Under the pieces are notes generated by a model. That model did not search any database and was not told the origin of the DNA. It worked only from the letters and a program-made list of their open reading frames with translations. The position numbers and the translations under genes are program-made. From contig CAYQAE010000005.1 in the NCBI GenBank assembly GCA_964415445.1, forward strand, positions 1 to 51,118: 51,118 nucleotides of DNA, in the 5' to 3' direction. How positions within the stretch are numbered: position 1 is the first letter of the stretch; each line of letters starts with the position of its first letter. The DNA is from an uncultured archaeon (GTDB taxonomy: Archaea; CAYQAE01). Below, in pieces: positions 26,494 to 36,501 of this stretch.

Positions 26494-26751
26494 TTAATTT
26501 TTTAATTTTATATCTATTGCTTTTTTGATACCCTTCTCTTTAGGAATAGCACCAGAAGAGACTAAAATATCACCTACAACTACCGCTGGAGTCATCATGA
26601 TCCCATATTCATCTGCCCTATCTGAAGTAGGTTCATATTTTTTTACAAAAATATCTCCATTATACTCTTCTACAACTTTTTTTACAACTTCTTCTACTTT
26701 TTTACACTTAGCACATGGTGGCATAGATCCAAATATTTTTATCTCTAACAT
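26494..26751 (-). CDS. thioredoxin-like redox-active disulfide protein (Thioredoxin_3 family)
   Basis: 85 aa with a CAKC redox motif and YGIMMTPAVVVGDILVSSGAIP. AAGGAGG SD. This family typically pairs with the PF03773-type permease. Confidence 0.75.
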   Translation of the reverse strand: MLEIKIFGSMPPCAKCKKVEEVVKKVVEEYNGDIFVKKYEPTSDRADEYGIMMTPAVVVGDILVSSGAIPKEKGIKKAIDIKLKN

Positions 26752-26765
26752 CTAAAAAAACCTCC

Positions 26766-27789
26766 TTAAACTATTATATTCCCATAAAATAAACCACATA
26801 GTGTGGCTATAGTAATTACTAACATCACATAAACTAATGTTTTTTTACTACCCATTCCATTTCTAATTGCAAACATATTAGGTAAACTTAGAGCAGGACC
26901 TGCCAAAAGCAAAGCTAGGGCTGGGCCGTCTTTCATCCCTAAACCTACTAATGTTTGGACAATTGGAACTTCAGTTAATGTTGCAATATACATCAGAGCA
27001 CCTACAACACTTGCAAATAAAATTGAAATTATTGAATTATCTCCAACAACTTTTGAAACTTGATTTTCATCTAAAATTTCACCAACCATTCCAGTAATAA
27101 AAACATCTACTAATAAAACAGGTACAATTAATTTTAATAAATTATAAGTCTCTCTAATCCATAATTTTATCTCTTCAGATTCAAAATATTTTTTCAATAT
27201 CAAAAAAAAATTACAAGAGGAAATATAAGAATTAAAACTTTATAAAATAAGTTAACACCCAATATCAATATTAAAATTGACATAAAAATAGGTACTCTGT
27301 ATCTAAATTTATCATTATCTAAATATTGCAATTTTTTTCTTTTTTTAACTACATCATCATCTGAAAAGATCAAGCCATAATTATACCTATAATTAAAGCT
27401 ATAAAAATAGCAAAGACAGCCCTAAATAACCCTAATTCGTACCCTAAAACTCTTGCAGTATAGACTATGGCTAATATATTAATTGCAGGGGCTGAAAATA
27501 AAAAAGCTACAGCTGGCCCGATTCCTGCTCCTCTTCTTTTAATTCCAACAAAGAGAAGAATAACAGTACATGAACATACCGCCAAAATTGCACCTGAAAT
27601 AGAGGCCAAAGGATAAGATATTTTTTTAGAAGTATCTGGACCAAAATATTTCAAAATAGATTCTTTTTTGACAAATGATGCAATAGCTCCAGCTATAAAG
27701 AATGCAGGAATCAAACACCAAAGGACATGCTCAGAGAGATATTCCCCTAATGCTAAAAAACCGCCTTCGATGATATAATTTATTTCTTT
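26766..27789 (-). pseudogene. PF03773-type (ArsP/DUF318) permease interrupted by two frameshifts, in three reading frames
   Basis: Collinear pieces: an N part (27370-27789, open upstream of the TTG at 27714), a middle part in another frame (LIFSDDDVVKKRKK...FPLVIFF), and a C part (26766-27203, LLLAGPALSLPNMFAIRNGMG). The second shift is at an A9 run, 27202-27210. Confidence 0.65.
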
Positions 27790-28199
27790 TTATCACCAAA
27801 TTTAAAATCAATCCATTTTTTTATCTCTCTTCTTGCATTTCTAAATGCAGATAATTTATCATAGGTAGTGCCTTCAACTTTCGATGGATCTTCAAAGCTT
27901 TGGTGAATATTTTCAATATTAGCTGGAAAAAAAGGACAAGTTTCTTTTGCATTATCACAGACTGTAACCACATAATCTATATCTTTATCAATAAATTCAT
28001 CTACTTTTTTTGATCTATGTCGAGATATATCTATTCCAAGTTCTCCCATAGCTAATTTAGCATACGGATGAACAGATGACGGTTCTGTTCCCGCACTAAA
28101 AGCTTCAAATTTATCAGAATAATATTCATTCATCAATCCTTCTGCCATCTGAGAACGGGCTGAATTATGTGTGCAAATAAAAAGTACTGTCTTTTGCAT
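27780..28199 (-). CDS. arsC: arsenate reductase, LMW-PTPase family (thioredoxin-coupled ArsC)
   Basis: Contains VLFICTHNSARSQMAEG (CX5R P-loop) and downstream VTVCDNAKETCPF (the redox Cys pair). Confidence 0.9.
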   Translation of the reverse strand: MQKTVLFICTHNSARSQMAEGLMNEYYSDKFEAFSAGTEPSSVHPYAKLAMGELGIDISRHRSKKVDEFIDKDIDYVVTVCDNAKETCPFFPANIENIHQSFEDPSKVEGTTYDKLSAFRNARREIKKWIDFKFGDKKK

Positions 28200-28218
28200 T
28201 AAATATACCTATGATAAT

Positions 28219-28965
28219 CTATGAAATTTTAGTAATTTCTAAATTTAAACTCTCTAGTGCAATTCCTCGATATTGTTTTTCACTAATTTCTTTATTTTCA
28301 GAAATTATTTTTTTTTCTAATCCTGCTTCTTTAATTATCCTAAAATATTCCTCTTTAAGCAAAGCGCCGCTTACACATCCAACTAATAATTTAGTATCTT
28401 GCTTTTGTTTATCATTTAGTGGTTCTAATAAAACAATATCTGAAATATACATTTTTCCTCCTTCTCTTAATACTCTTTTTGCTTCTTGAAATACCTTTAA
28501 TTTGTCTGGAATAAGGTTAATTACACAATTACTTATTATAACATCTATAGAATTATCTTCTATAGGTAAATTTTCAATTTCACTTGATTTAAATTCTACA
28601 TTTTTATATCCATATTTATTAGCAATTTTTCGCGCTTTTTCTACCATTTCTTTTGTCATATCAATTCCAATAACTTTTCCTGAGGACCCTACTTTTTTTG
28701 AAGCTAAAAAGCTATCAAAACCTGCTCCAGAACCTAAGTCTAGGACAACATCACTTTCACTAATATTACTAATTGCTATTGGATTACCACAACCCAATCC
28801 TAAATTTGCATCTGGTATAGATTTAATATCACTATTGGAATAACCAATCTGTTTCGAAATAATTTCATCAGATGTTTCACATCCACAACTACAGCAACAT
28901 CTACTTTGGGATGCTATTTTTCCATATTCTTCTTTCAAAATTTTTTTTATCTTATTATTTTTCAC
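28219..28965 (-). CDS. arsM: arsenite S-adenosylmethionine methyltransferase ArsM
   Basis: Contains the N-terminal Cys cluster [11 protein letters not shown] motif [19 protein letters not shown] and the conserved [12 protein letters not shown] overlap with acr3. Confidence 0.85.
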   Translation of the reverse strand: MKNNKIKKILKEEYGKIASQSRCCCSCGCETSDEIISKQIGYSNSDIKSIPDANLGLGCGNPIAISNISESDVVLDLGSGAGFDSFLASKKVGSSGKVIGIDMTKEMVEKARKIANKYGYKNVEFKSSEIENLPIEDNSIDVIISNCVINLIPDKLKVFQEAKRVLREGGKMYISDIVLLEPLNDKQKQDTKLLVGCVSGALLKEEYFRIIKEAGLEKKIISENKEISEKQYRGIALESLNLEITKIS

Positions 28966-30095
28966 TTTTTATCAGTCCTTGAATTCGTACAACTCTCCAA
29001 ACTACATTTATTAAATAAATAACAATATTTTTTACATATTGCTACAAGCATCAACATTACTGGAACCTCTATAAGTACGCCTACAACAGTTGCTAATGCA
29101 GCGCCTGAAGATAGACCAAAAAGCATGATTGATGTTGCAATTGCAACTTCAAAATGATTTGAAGCTCCAATCATTGATGCAGGTGCTGCATTTTCATATG
29201 ATAGGTTTAATACTCTCGAAAATATAAAAAAACCTAATACAAATATTAATACAGTCTGTATAAATAGTGGTATCGCAATCCAAAGAATTGTTAAAGGATT
29301 ATCTATGATAATTTCTCCTTTTAGTGAAAATAATAGAACTAATGTCACAAGAAGTGCAACAATACTTACAGGAGTAAGTTTGTGCAAAAATTTACTTTCA
29401 AACCATCTCTCTCCTTTTGAACTTATAATCCATTTTCGAGAAAAATATCCTAAAACTAAAGGTAGTGCTACGTAGACTGCAACAGATAAAAGAATTGTCT
29501 TCCAAGGAATAGGCATTGAATTAATACCAAGTAAAAGACCCCCTAATGGGGCATACAATACTAACATAGTTAAAGAATTAATTGCTACCATTACCAAAGT
29601 TAATGCATCATTACCCTTTGCAAGATAACTCCACATTAGAACCATAGCAGTACATGGTGCTATCCCTAGAAGAATTGCTCCAGAGATATAACTTCTCCAT
29701 AACTCAACTTCATCACCATTTTTTAAAATTTCTGTGCCCGGCAAAAAGCCTTTGAATAAAAACCCTAAAAAGAAAGTAGCGATCAAAAACATAGTAAATG
29801 GTTTAATTAGCCAGTTAATAGTTAAAGTCATGCCAACTGGCTTTGGAGATCTAGCTGCTTTTTTAATTTCTTTGAAATCAATTTTTACCATTATTGGATA
29901 CATCATAAAAAAAAGACATATAGCAATTGGAATTGATACTTGATATATTGACATTGAATCAAGTTTCTCTGCAATAGAAGGTATTAATTTTCCTAGGACA
30001 ATGCCACCTAAAATGCATAGAAATATCCATAAAGTAAGATATTTCTCAAATATTGAGAGTTGACGAGTTTTTGTAGAAGTCATAAATAAAATCAC
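28962..30095 (-). CDS. acr3: ACR3-family arsenite efflux transporter
   Basis: [23 protein letters not shown] is the ACR3 N-terminal signature, in a multi-TM protein. The ATG at 30083 is likelier than the GTG at 30095. It has a Cys-rich C-terminal tail. Confidence 0.9.
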   Translation of the reverse strand: MILFMTSTKTRQLSIFEKYLTLWIFLCILGGIVLGKLIPSIAEKLDSMSIYQVSIPIAICLFFMMYPIMVKIDFKEIKKAARSPKPVGMTLTINWLIKPFTMFLIATFFLGFLFKGFLPGTEILKNGDEVELWRSYISGAILLGIAPCTAMVLMWSYLAKGNDALTLVMVAINSLTMLVLYAPLGGLLLGINSMPIPWKTILLSVAVYVALPLVLGYFSRKWIISSKGERWFESKFLHKLTPVSIVALLVTLVLLFSLKGEIIIDNPLTILWIAIPLFIQTVLIFVLGFFIFSRVLNLSYENAAPASMIGASNHFEVAIATSIMLFGLSSGAALATVVGVLIEVPVMLMLVAICKKYCYLFNKCSLESCTNSRTDKK

Positions 30096-30101
30096 ATTTT
30101 G

Positions 30102-30119
30102 TATGAATAGATGTTCATA
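30102..30119. promoter_or_regulatory. inverted repeat TATGAA-N6-TTCATA in the divergent arsR/acr3 intergenic region; candidate ArsR operator
   Basis: Read directly from the sequence. It lies between the divergent acr3 and arsR starts. The repeat is short and the context is AT-rich, so chance occurrence is possible. Confidence 0.25.
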
Positions 30120-30157
30120 TGTATATATTTATAAATTTTATTTATAATTTATAAATT

Positions 30158-30535
30158 ATGAAAACATTAGAAGAAAAATTACCAACCGATTGTGTGAACA
30201 AAATAAAAAGTAAATATGGTTCTTTTGAAAATATAAAAGATTTAGAAAAGGTAGGACAAAATATTACCATAGAAGCACGTTTTTTTTCTGTCTTAAGTGA
30301 TCCAAGCCGTTTGAAAATATTAAAATTATTAAAAGAAGAAGAACTTTGTGTCTGTATGATTGCAGAAATTCTAAGATTAGAGCAAACTTTAATCTCACAT
30401 CATTTAACTAAATTAAAATACTTAAATATAATAAATGAGAGAAGAGAAGGAAAGTGGATATTCTATAGTGCAAAAAAAGAAATAAAAGACTTTTTCAATA
30501 AATGTGAAGATATAATACTAAAATTAGATGAATAA
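30158..30535 (+). CDS. arsR: ArsR-family metalloregulator
   Basis: Contains LSDPSRLKILKLLKEEELCVCMIAEIL (wHTH with the ELCVC As(III)-binding motif) and LISHHLTKLK. Confidence 0.85.
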   Translation: MKTLEEKLPTDCVNKIKSKYGSFENIKDLEKVGQNITIEARFFSVLSDPSRLKILKLLKEEELCVCMIAEILRLEQTLISHHLTKLKYLNIINERREGKWIFYSAKKEIKDFFNKCEDIILKLDE

Positions 30536-30622
30536 AACATTATCTACAAAGTTTTTATTTTAGCAAAAACCTAAAAAGGAATCAATTAGTTTGTTATATA
30601 TCTATTAATATAAGGGATATAA

Positions 30623-31363
30623 TTGCTAGAAATTAATAATTTAAGTATTGAAGTAAATAATAAAGAAATTTTGCATAGCATTAATTTATTTATTCCTAAA
30701 GGAGAAACTCATGTATTATTTGGACCAAATGGTGCAGGAAAGTCATCTCTTTTGATGGCTATTTTGGGCTTAGGTAACTATAAAATAAAAGAAGGAAATA
30801 TCACTTTTAAAGGAAAAGATATCACAAATCTGCCAACTAATGAGAGAGTAAAATTGGGTATAGGTTTATCTTTTCAAAGACCTCCAACTATTCATGGAGT
30901 AAAAACTAGAAAAATTGTAGAATTAGCTGCAAAAGATAAAAATATTGATATTAAAAAATTAGCTAAAATGCTAAATTTAGAAAAATTCTTAGATAGAGAT
31001 GTTAATTCTGGTTTCTCAGGTGGGGAAATAAAAAGATCAGAAATGCTACAGCTTTTAGCTCAAGATCCAGATTTAATATTGTTAGATGAACCCGAATCAG
31101 GAGTAGATTTAGAAAATATAGCACTAATAGGGGATATGATTAACCATATTTTGTGCAAAGATATAGCATGCTACAAAAGAAGAGAATTAGGTAATAAATC
31201 TTCATTAATTATTACCCATACTGGACATATTTTGGATTATATTCGCTCAGATAAAGCATATGTGATTTGTGATGGAACTATTCAATGTCATGGTAATCCC
31301 AAAGATCTTTTAGATAATATAAATAAAGTAGGATATGAAAAGTGCGTAAAATGTCATATATAG
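30623..31363 (+). CDS. sufC: Fe-S cluster assembly ATPase SufC
   Basis: Walker A is GPNGAGKSSL, ABC signature FSGGEIKRSEMLQL, Walker B LILLDEPESGVD, and H-loop ITH. TTG start. Confidence 0.9.
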   Translation: MLEINNLSIEVNNKEILHSINLFIPKGETHVLFGPNGAGKSSLLMAILGLGNYKIKEGNITFKGKDITNLPTNERVKLGIGLSFQRPPTIHGVKTRKIVELAAKDKNIDIKKLAKMLNLEKFLDRDVNSGFSGGEIKRSEMLQLLAQDPDLILLDEPESGVDLENIALIGDMINHILCKDIACYKRRELGNKSSLIITHTGHILDYIRSDKAYVICDGTIQCHGNPKDLLDNINKVGYEKCVKCHI

Positions 31364-32574
31364 AAGAATTAAATAAAAAAGCTCAAAATGCAAAAAATAA
31401 AGAATCTGCATTAGGGAATTCTATTGACATTGAAGAATATAAAGAAAAAAGCGAAGATAAAGGTTATTTAGAAAATCTAGATCAATTATCTGAAGAAGAT
31501 AAAAATAGTATGTTAGATTCTGGAATAGATACTGCACAAAAAGAAAGATCAGGTTCATATATCCAAATGGATAGATCAGTAATTCATACTTCTGCATTAT
31601 ATGATGGCGTTGAAGCTATGAGTGTCATTGATGCTCAAAAAAAATATGATTGGGTAAAAGATTATTGGTGGAAACTTATTGATGTAGATACTGACAAATA
31701 TACTGCCGATGCACAACTAGATATGCACAATGGTTATTTTCTAAGAGCTCTTCCAGGTAAAAAAGTTACTTTTCCTCTCCAAGCCTGTCTATATCTAGCT
31801 AAAGATAACCTAAAACAAAATGTCCACAACATTATCATTGTTGAAGAGGGAGCTGAACTTCATATTATAACGGGTTGCTCAGTTGGTGCTCATGTAAAGA
31901 ACGGATTACATATTGGAGTTTCTGAATTTTTTGTCAAAAAAAATGCTAAATTAAGTTTTACCATGATCCATAATTGGGCAAAAAATGTCAAAGTAAGACC
32001 AAGAAGTTATGGTATTGTAGAAGAAGGTGGAGTTTTTTTATCTAATTATGTTAGTTTAAAACCTGTATCCGATTTGCAGATGTATCCTACTATAAAATTA
32101 ATTGGAGAAAACTCTACAGCTAGACTTAATTCAATACTTGTAGGTCAAAAAAATTCAAAATTAGATGTAGGATCTCGAATAATATTAGATGCAGAGAATT
32201 CAAAAGGAGAAATAATATCCAGAGCTATAAGTAAAGGAGGAGATATTTGGGCAAGGGGAGATCTAGTCGGTAATGCTAAAGGTATAAAAGGTCATCTTGA
32301 ATGTAAAGGACTTATATTAGAGGAAGGAGGATCAATAAAATCAATTCCTGAATTAGATGCAAAATTACCTGATTTAAGCCTATCACATGAAGCAGCAGTA
32401 GGTAAGATTGCACAAGAGCAAATTGAATATTTAATGGCCCGGGGTTTATCAGAAGAAGAAGCTACTTCTACCATAGTTAGAGGATTTTTAGATGTAGATA
32501 TAAAAGGTCTACCAAAGGACTTGAATAGAGAAATAAAAAAGATGATAGCCCTAGAAGAGAAAAGATACTTATAA
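31342..32574 (+). CDS. sufB: Fe-S cluster assembly scaffold SufB/SufD family protein
   Basis: Contains the beta-helix core HIITGCSVGAHVKNGLHIGVSEFFVKKNAKLSFTMIHNW and the C-terminal EQIEYLMARGLSEEEA. It overlaps the end of sufC. Confidence 0.85.
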   Translation: MRKMSYIEELNKKAQNAKNKESALGNSIDIEEYKEKSEDKGYLENLDQLSEEDKNSMLDSGIDTAQKERSGSYIQMDRSVIHTSALYDGVEAMSVIDAQKKYDWVKDYWWKLIDVDTDKYTADAQLDMHNGYFLRALPGKKVTFPLQACLYLAKDNLKQNVHNIIIVEEGAELHIITGCSVGAHVKNGLHIGVSEFFVKKNAKLSFTMIHNWAKNVKVRPRSYGIVEEGGVFLSNYVSLKPVSDLQMYPTIKLIGENSTARLNSILVGQKNSKLDVGSRIILDAENSKGEIISRAISKGGDIWARGDLVGNAKGIKGHLECKGLILEEGGSIKSIPELDAKLPDLSLSHEAAVGKIAQEQIEYLMARGLSEEEATSTIVRGFLDVDIKGLPKDLNREIKKMIALEEKRYL

Positions 32575-32575
32575 T

Positions 32576-33895
32576 CTACATTGATACTACATTTAAATTT
32601 TCAAATAAAATAGATGGACTTAAACTATGTCCTACAATTTTTCTATCTTTTGAAATATCAATTATATTATTTAGAGATTGTAAAAAATTACCAGCTAACA
32701 TTGCTTGCTTTATTGGATATTTAATTTCACCATCCTCTATATAAAAAGAATTTTGAACTTCCACTGAAAAATCACCTGTAACAGAATTAGCAGTATGCGC
32801 ACCTATAACTCCATTAACTATTATGCCCCTTTTAATTTCAGAAATTAGATCATCTTTATTTTTAGATCCACCTTCAATTACAAAATTAGAAGGAGTAACT
32901 ATAGGGAGATTAGAATATGAATCACGATATGAATTGCCTGTACTTTCTCTGTTTTCTTTATTTGCATGATAAGTGTCATATAAAAAAGATTTTAATATGC
33001 CATTATCCAATATAGGTGTCCTTTGAGTAGGATAACCCTCTCCATCAAAATATGAAGTAAATAACCCCCCATCTTTTGTTGCATCATCTACGATTGTAAA
33101 TTTGTCATCTGCTATTTTTTTATCTAACTTTCCAACAAACATAGATTGGTTTCGCTGAATAGATTCAGCCACAATTGAGGGTATAAAACAAACACCTAAA
33201 ATTTCAGATAGAGCCAATGGCTCCAAAACAACATTCATAATGTCGGATTGTATCTTTTTAGGATTTTTTGATCTTTTTGTAATATCTGTAGCATTATTTG
33301 CAATTTTTGAAACATCTATATCTTTATAACTTCTTGACATTGAAAAATCTTGACCGGTTGTAGGATTATCTCCATCATAAGTTGTATAAATTTGAGCATG
33401 GGAAAATGTTTCATCTTTTTGTACATCAATTCCATTTCCATTAACTAAAGAGACATGATTAAAACTCGTGCTAATTAAACCGCCTGTTGCATTTAATTTA
33501 GAATCACCAACTACTTCAATCATTTTATTTGCATCTTCAATTAGCTTAACTAATTCAATATCCTTGGTAGATTTATCATAAATATTGTTAACTGAACTAT
33601 ATTGTTTTTTTGGCGTAAAATCTGAAAAATTTGGATCCTCTTGACTATTTTTGCAAGCTTTATAAGCTCTATCTACTAAAATATCCAAATTATTCAATTT
33701 AGAAGTATATGCAAACCCAATTTTTTTTCCAATACAAATTCTTACACCAACTCCAGATTCATTATTTTCAGTAGTCTCTTCAATTGCATTATTATTGATC
33801 CTAATATCTTTAGAATTAGATTTAGAATAAAATATTTCATAATTTGATACATTTAATTTTTTAATATGATTTTGAACTTTTTTAATTAAATTCAC
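32576..33895 (-). CDS. pmbA: TldE/PmbA metalloprotease-family protein
   Basis: TldD/PmbA fold pattern with GGLISTS..., C-terminal GDFSVEVQNSFYIEDGE and MLAGNF. It lacks HExxxH, and its start codon (33895-33893) abuts the tldD stop codon, sharing position 33895. Confidence 0.85.
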   Translation of the reverse strand: MNLIKKVQNHIKKLNVSNYEIFYSKSNSKDIRINNNAIEETTENNESGVGVRICIGKKIGFAYTSKLNNLDILVDRAYKACKNSQEDPNFSDFTPKKQYSSVNNIYDKSTKDIELVKLIEDANKMIEVVGDSKLNATGGLISTSFNHVSLVNGNGIDVQKDETFSHAQIYTTYDGDNPTTGQDFSMSRSYKDIDVSKIANNATDITKRSKNPKKIQSDIMNVVLEPLALSEILGVCFIPSIVAESIQRNQSMFVGKLDKKIADDKFTIVDDATKDGGLFTSYFDGEGYPTQRTPILDNGILKSFLYDTYHANKENRESTGNSYRDSYSNLPIVTPSNFVIEGGSKNKDDLISEIKRGIIVNGVIGAHTANSVTGDFSVEVQNSFYIEDGEIKYPIKQAMLAGNFLQSLNNIIDISKDRKIVGHSLSPSILFENLNVVSM

Positions 33896-35292
33896 TATAT
33901 TCCACCGCCCACTAAAGTTTGATTTAATTTAATATGAGGGCCTCCATCATCAACAGGGACATGTTGAATTTTCTCACCTTTTCCACATATTCCTGGATTA
34001 TTTATATCCCTTTTATCTCCCACTAACTCAATATTTGACAAAACATCCAAAACTGATCCTGAAATAGATACATCACGAAGTCTATCAGACAATTCACCTT
34101 TTTCTATAAGATATGCTTCTTCAACTCCAAACATAAATTTACCTTCTTTTGTGTTAACTTGACCACCTGTTCCACCCTTTAGATAAATCCCTGAATTTAT
34201 ATCCGCAATCATCTCCCCAAATGATGAATCACCTTCTTCAACATAAATGTTTGACATTCTAACAATTGGAGATAAATCATAGCCTTGTGCTCGAGCATTA
34301 CCTGTGGATAATGTATCAAAATTAGAGGCAGTCTCACGAGAATGTAAATAACTTACTAATTTTCCTTCTTTAATTATTTCTGTCTTTTGAGCTCTAACCC
34401 CTTCATCATCATATGCATAAAAACCGTGTTTTTGTGAAATATTTGGATCATCACAGATTGTAACATAATCTGGAGCTATTAATTGTCCAATTTTGCCTTC
34501 TAATATAGAATCATGTTGTAATATTTGATCTGCCTCTGTTGCATGTCCTAATGCTTCATGAGTAAATAGACCAACAATTCTAGGATCTAAAATAGCAGTG
34601 TAAATTCCTGACCTTGCTCTTTTAGAATTTAGAGCATCATAAGCCTTTTTTGCAGCAAGTTTACCTAAATTATACGCTTCTGAATTCTCGATTAATTCCC
34701 AACCACCAACACCACCAATCCTCTCATAGCCCATCTGAACTGTATTTGAATCTTTAGAAGTTGCTATCGTAGCTAGACGCAGACGAGAATATTTTTGTGA
34801 TATATCTGCACCTTCTGAATTAATATATCTTTTTTTAACATCATTATCAGAATAAGAAACTGTTACACTTTTTATCTTATTACTATAATCCATAGCAGAC
34901 TTAGATATCTCAGATATTAAATCCATTTTAGTATTTAAATTCACATCCAATGTAGATGTTTTTGGTTTTATATCCACAGATTTTTCAATCGATTCTGAAT
35001 TATCCAAAAATGATTCATTGTGTTTTTTTGAATTAAATGTGGCTTTTGCTAATTTTAGAGCAGAATTCATAGATTTTTCGAATTCATGTAAATCTGTGCA
35101 TGATGAAAAACCCCATGCATTTTTATACAAAACACGAATACCAAATCCATAATCTGATCCCAAAATGTATTTATCCATATTATTATCTTTCATAGAAAGT
35201 AGATTACCATTTGATTCATCTAATCTCACATCAACATAATCTGCACCTAGATCAATCACTCTATCTATTTCTTTTTTAATTTTTAAATCCAT
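33895..35292 (-). CDS. tldD: TldD metalloprotease
   Basis: Contains the HEALGHATEAD metal-binding motif, GNARAQGY, GGTGGQVN and C-terminal CGKGEKIQHVPVDDGGPH. Confidence 0.9.
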   Translation of the reverse strand: MDLKIKKEIDRVIDLGADYVDVRLDESNGNLLSMKDNNMDKYILGSDYGFGIRVLYKNAWGFSSCTDLHEFEKSMNSALKLAKATFNSKKHNESFLDNSESIEKSVDIKPKTSTLDVNLNTKMDLISEISKSAMDYSNKIKSVTVSYSDNDVKKRYINSEGADISQKYSRLRLATIATSKDSNTVQMGYERIGGVGGWELIENSEAYNLGKLAAKKAYDALNSKRARSGIYTAILDPRIVGLFTHEALGHATEADQILQHDSILEGKIGQLIAPDYVTICDDPNISQKHGFYAYDDEGVRAQKTEIIKEGKLVSYLHSRETASNFDTLSTGNARAQGYDLSPIVRMSNIYVEEGDSSFGEMIADINSGIYLKGGTGGQVNTKEGKFMFGVEEAYLIEKGELSDRLRDVSISGSVLDVLSNIELVGDKRDINNPGICGKGEKIQHVPVDDGGPHIKLNQTLVGGGI

Positions 35293-35520
35293 AAAAACCG
35301 TTTATATAATTCAAATAAAAATCTATTAAATTAATCGATAAAAAAATGAAATTATATATTTCTAAATTTTAATTTCCTAATAAAGTATTCAAAGATTAAC
35401 TAACTCAAAACAACTTACCATTATTATTCAAAAAAGGTTTATCTTTTTGAAAATCAAACAAAAAGTTTTTAAAAAAGTACTAACTTAAATATAGATTATA
35501 AAACTAAAGAGGAATATTTT

Positions 35521-35967
35521 ATGCCTGATCAAAATATTGCAGAGTGGTTATTAGAAGGTCAACATATAATTACACCCAAAAATAAAGTTTATGAGCCTTG
35601 TGTGCTTGTAGACACTCTAAATAAAAAAATAATTAAAGGACCATATCTTAGACCTAAAAATTCCTCAATAAAATTAAGAACTGACCTAAAAAACAAAGGA
35701 TTAAACTTCCATGATACTGAAACATGGCGATTAGAAGGCCAAATTGTTGAAACTTTTGAAAATAAAAAATATGAAGCATATATCTTGGTAGATTCTAACA
35801 CAAAAGAAATAATAAAAGGACCATATCTGAGTGAAATTAACAACTTCCAAAAAAAATCAGATGGTAAAATATTTGATGAGATAACAAGATTAGATATGGA
35901 AATAAAAGAGATGATATCCAATTATAAACAGAATTTCAATGAACAATTACAAGCAATTGAAAAATAA
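35521..35967 (+). CDS. hypothetical protein built from an internal tandem duplication (two ~60-aa repeats)
   Basis: EWLLEGQHIITPKNKVYEPCVLVDTLNKKIIKGPYL and TWRLEGQIVETFENKKYEAYILVDSNTKEIIKGPYL are 180 nt apart. SD is AGAGGA. Confidence 0.45.
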   Translation: MPDQNIAEWLLEGQHIITPKNKVYEPCVLVDTLNKKIIKGPYLRPKNSSIKLRTDLKNKGLNFHDTETWRLEGQIVETFENKKYEAYILVDSNTKEIIKGPYLSEINNFQKKSDGKIFDEITRLDMEIKEMISNYKQNFNEQLQAIEK

Positions 35968-36069
35968 TAATAGAACAATTTTGTACAATTACAGTTCACA
36001 TTAATCTTATTTTAATCTAAGAAATGCAAAAAAAGTTTAAACAAATAGAAATAAACAAAGGATCTGATT

Positions 36070-36399
36070 TTGGAGATAGTTTCAATTCTAACGTTGAGAA
36101 TATTTTGGAAAAATATTGGTTTTTTTGTATCAAACAACAGTAAGAATACAGAAATAGATGATATAAAACAAAAACTTTCAGAATTTAATAAAGAAATTGA
36201 TAATTATGGAGATAAAAAAACCTTTGTAGATGAATTATTATACGGTTTTTCTCAATGTGTTGATGAAAAATGGAGTATAAATAATTTGGAAGTTATAGAA
36301 ACTTTATACAATATATTCACTCCAGAAATAAATATAGAAACAGAAAAAAAAGAAATTATAGATTATTTAGATATAAATAACGACGATATGTCTTACTAA
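36070..36399 (+). CDS. hypothetical acidic protein (109 aa)
   Basis: TTG start with AAGGA 7 nt upstream. An alternative ATG at 36023 is in another frame (see rejected items). Confidence 0.35.
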   Translation: MEIVSILTLRIFWKNIGFFVSNNSKNTEIDDIKQKLSEFNKEIDNYGDKKTFVDELLYGFSQCVDEKWSINNLEVIETLYNIFTPEINIETEKKEIIDYLDINNDDMSY

Positions 36400-36411
36400 A
36401 ATAGATTTATA

Positions 36412-36498
36412 CGCCGAGGGAGGGATTTGAACCCTCGCGTTCCATACGGAACACTGGCTCTCAAGGCCAGCGCCTTAGCCAGGCTAGACTACCTCGGC
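36412..36498 (-). tRNA. tRNA-Ser (anticodon UGA)
   Basis: Acceptor GCCGAGG/CCTCGGC, anticodon stem CTGGC/GCCAG with loop CTTGAGA, long variable arm GTTCC-GTAT-GGAAC, T arm GAGGG-TTCAAAT-CCCTC. No CCA is encoded. Confidence 0.9.
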
Positions 36499-36501
36499 AA
36501 A

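Noticed and set aside
28211-28843. Plus-strand ORFs 28211-28489 and 28502-28843
   Set aside because: They are antisense to arsM, whose frame has the SAM-binding and Cys motifs.
30120-30157. AT-only palindromes (ATAAAT-TTT-ATTTAT and similar) upstream of arsR
   Set aside because: This is low-complexity AT sequence in an AT-rich genome. It is more likely TATA/BRE-type promoter context than a specific site and is indistinguishable from chance.
35427-35451. Imperfect hairpin TTCAAAAAAG-GTTTAT-CTTTTTGAA, considered as a terminator
   Set aside because: It lies between two divergently transcribed genes (tldD and the 35521 ORF), so no transcript ends here. The stem is A/T-only with a one-base asymmetry.
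35589-35921. 110-aa minus-strand ORF
   Set aside because: It is antisense to the internally duplicated 148-aa gene. The sense frame shows the conserved repeat and has an AGAGGA SD.
36023-36126. Possible additional frameshift: the ATG at 36023 opens a 39-codon ORF that would join the 36070 ORF if the T7 run (36120-36126) were T6
   Set aside because: The case is ambiguous. The TTG at 36070 has its own AAGGA SD at proper spacing, whereas the ATG at 36023 has none. There is no homolog to arbitrate, so I do not count it among the frameshifts.
7462-36498. Integrated element at either tRNA gene (Lys 7462-7535, Ser 36412-36498)
   Set aside because: No integrase, no recognisable direct repeat of a tRNA 3' half, and no phage or plasmid genes adjacent to either tRNA.
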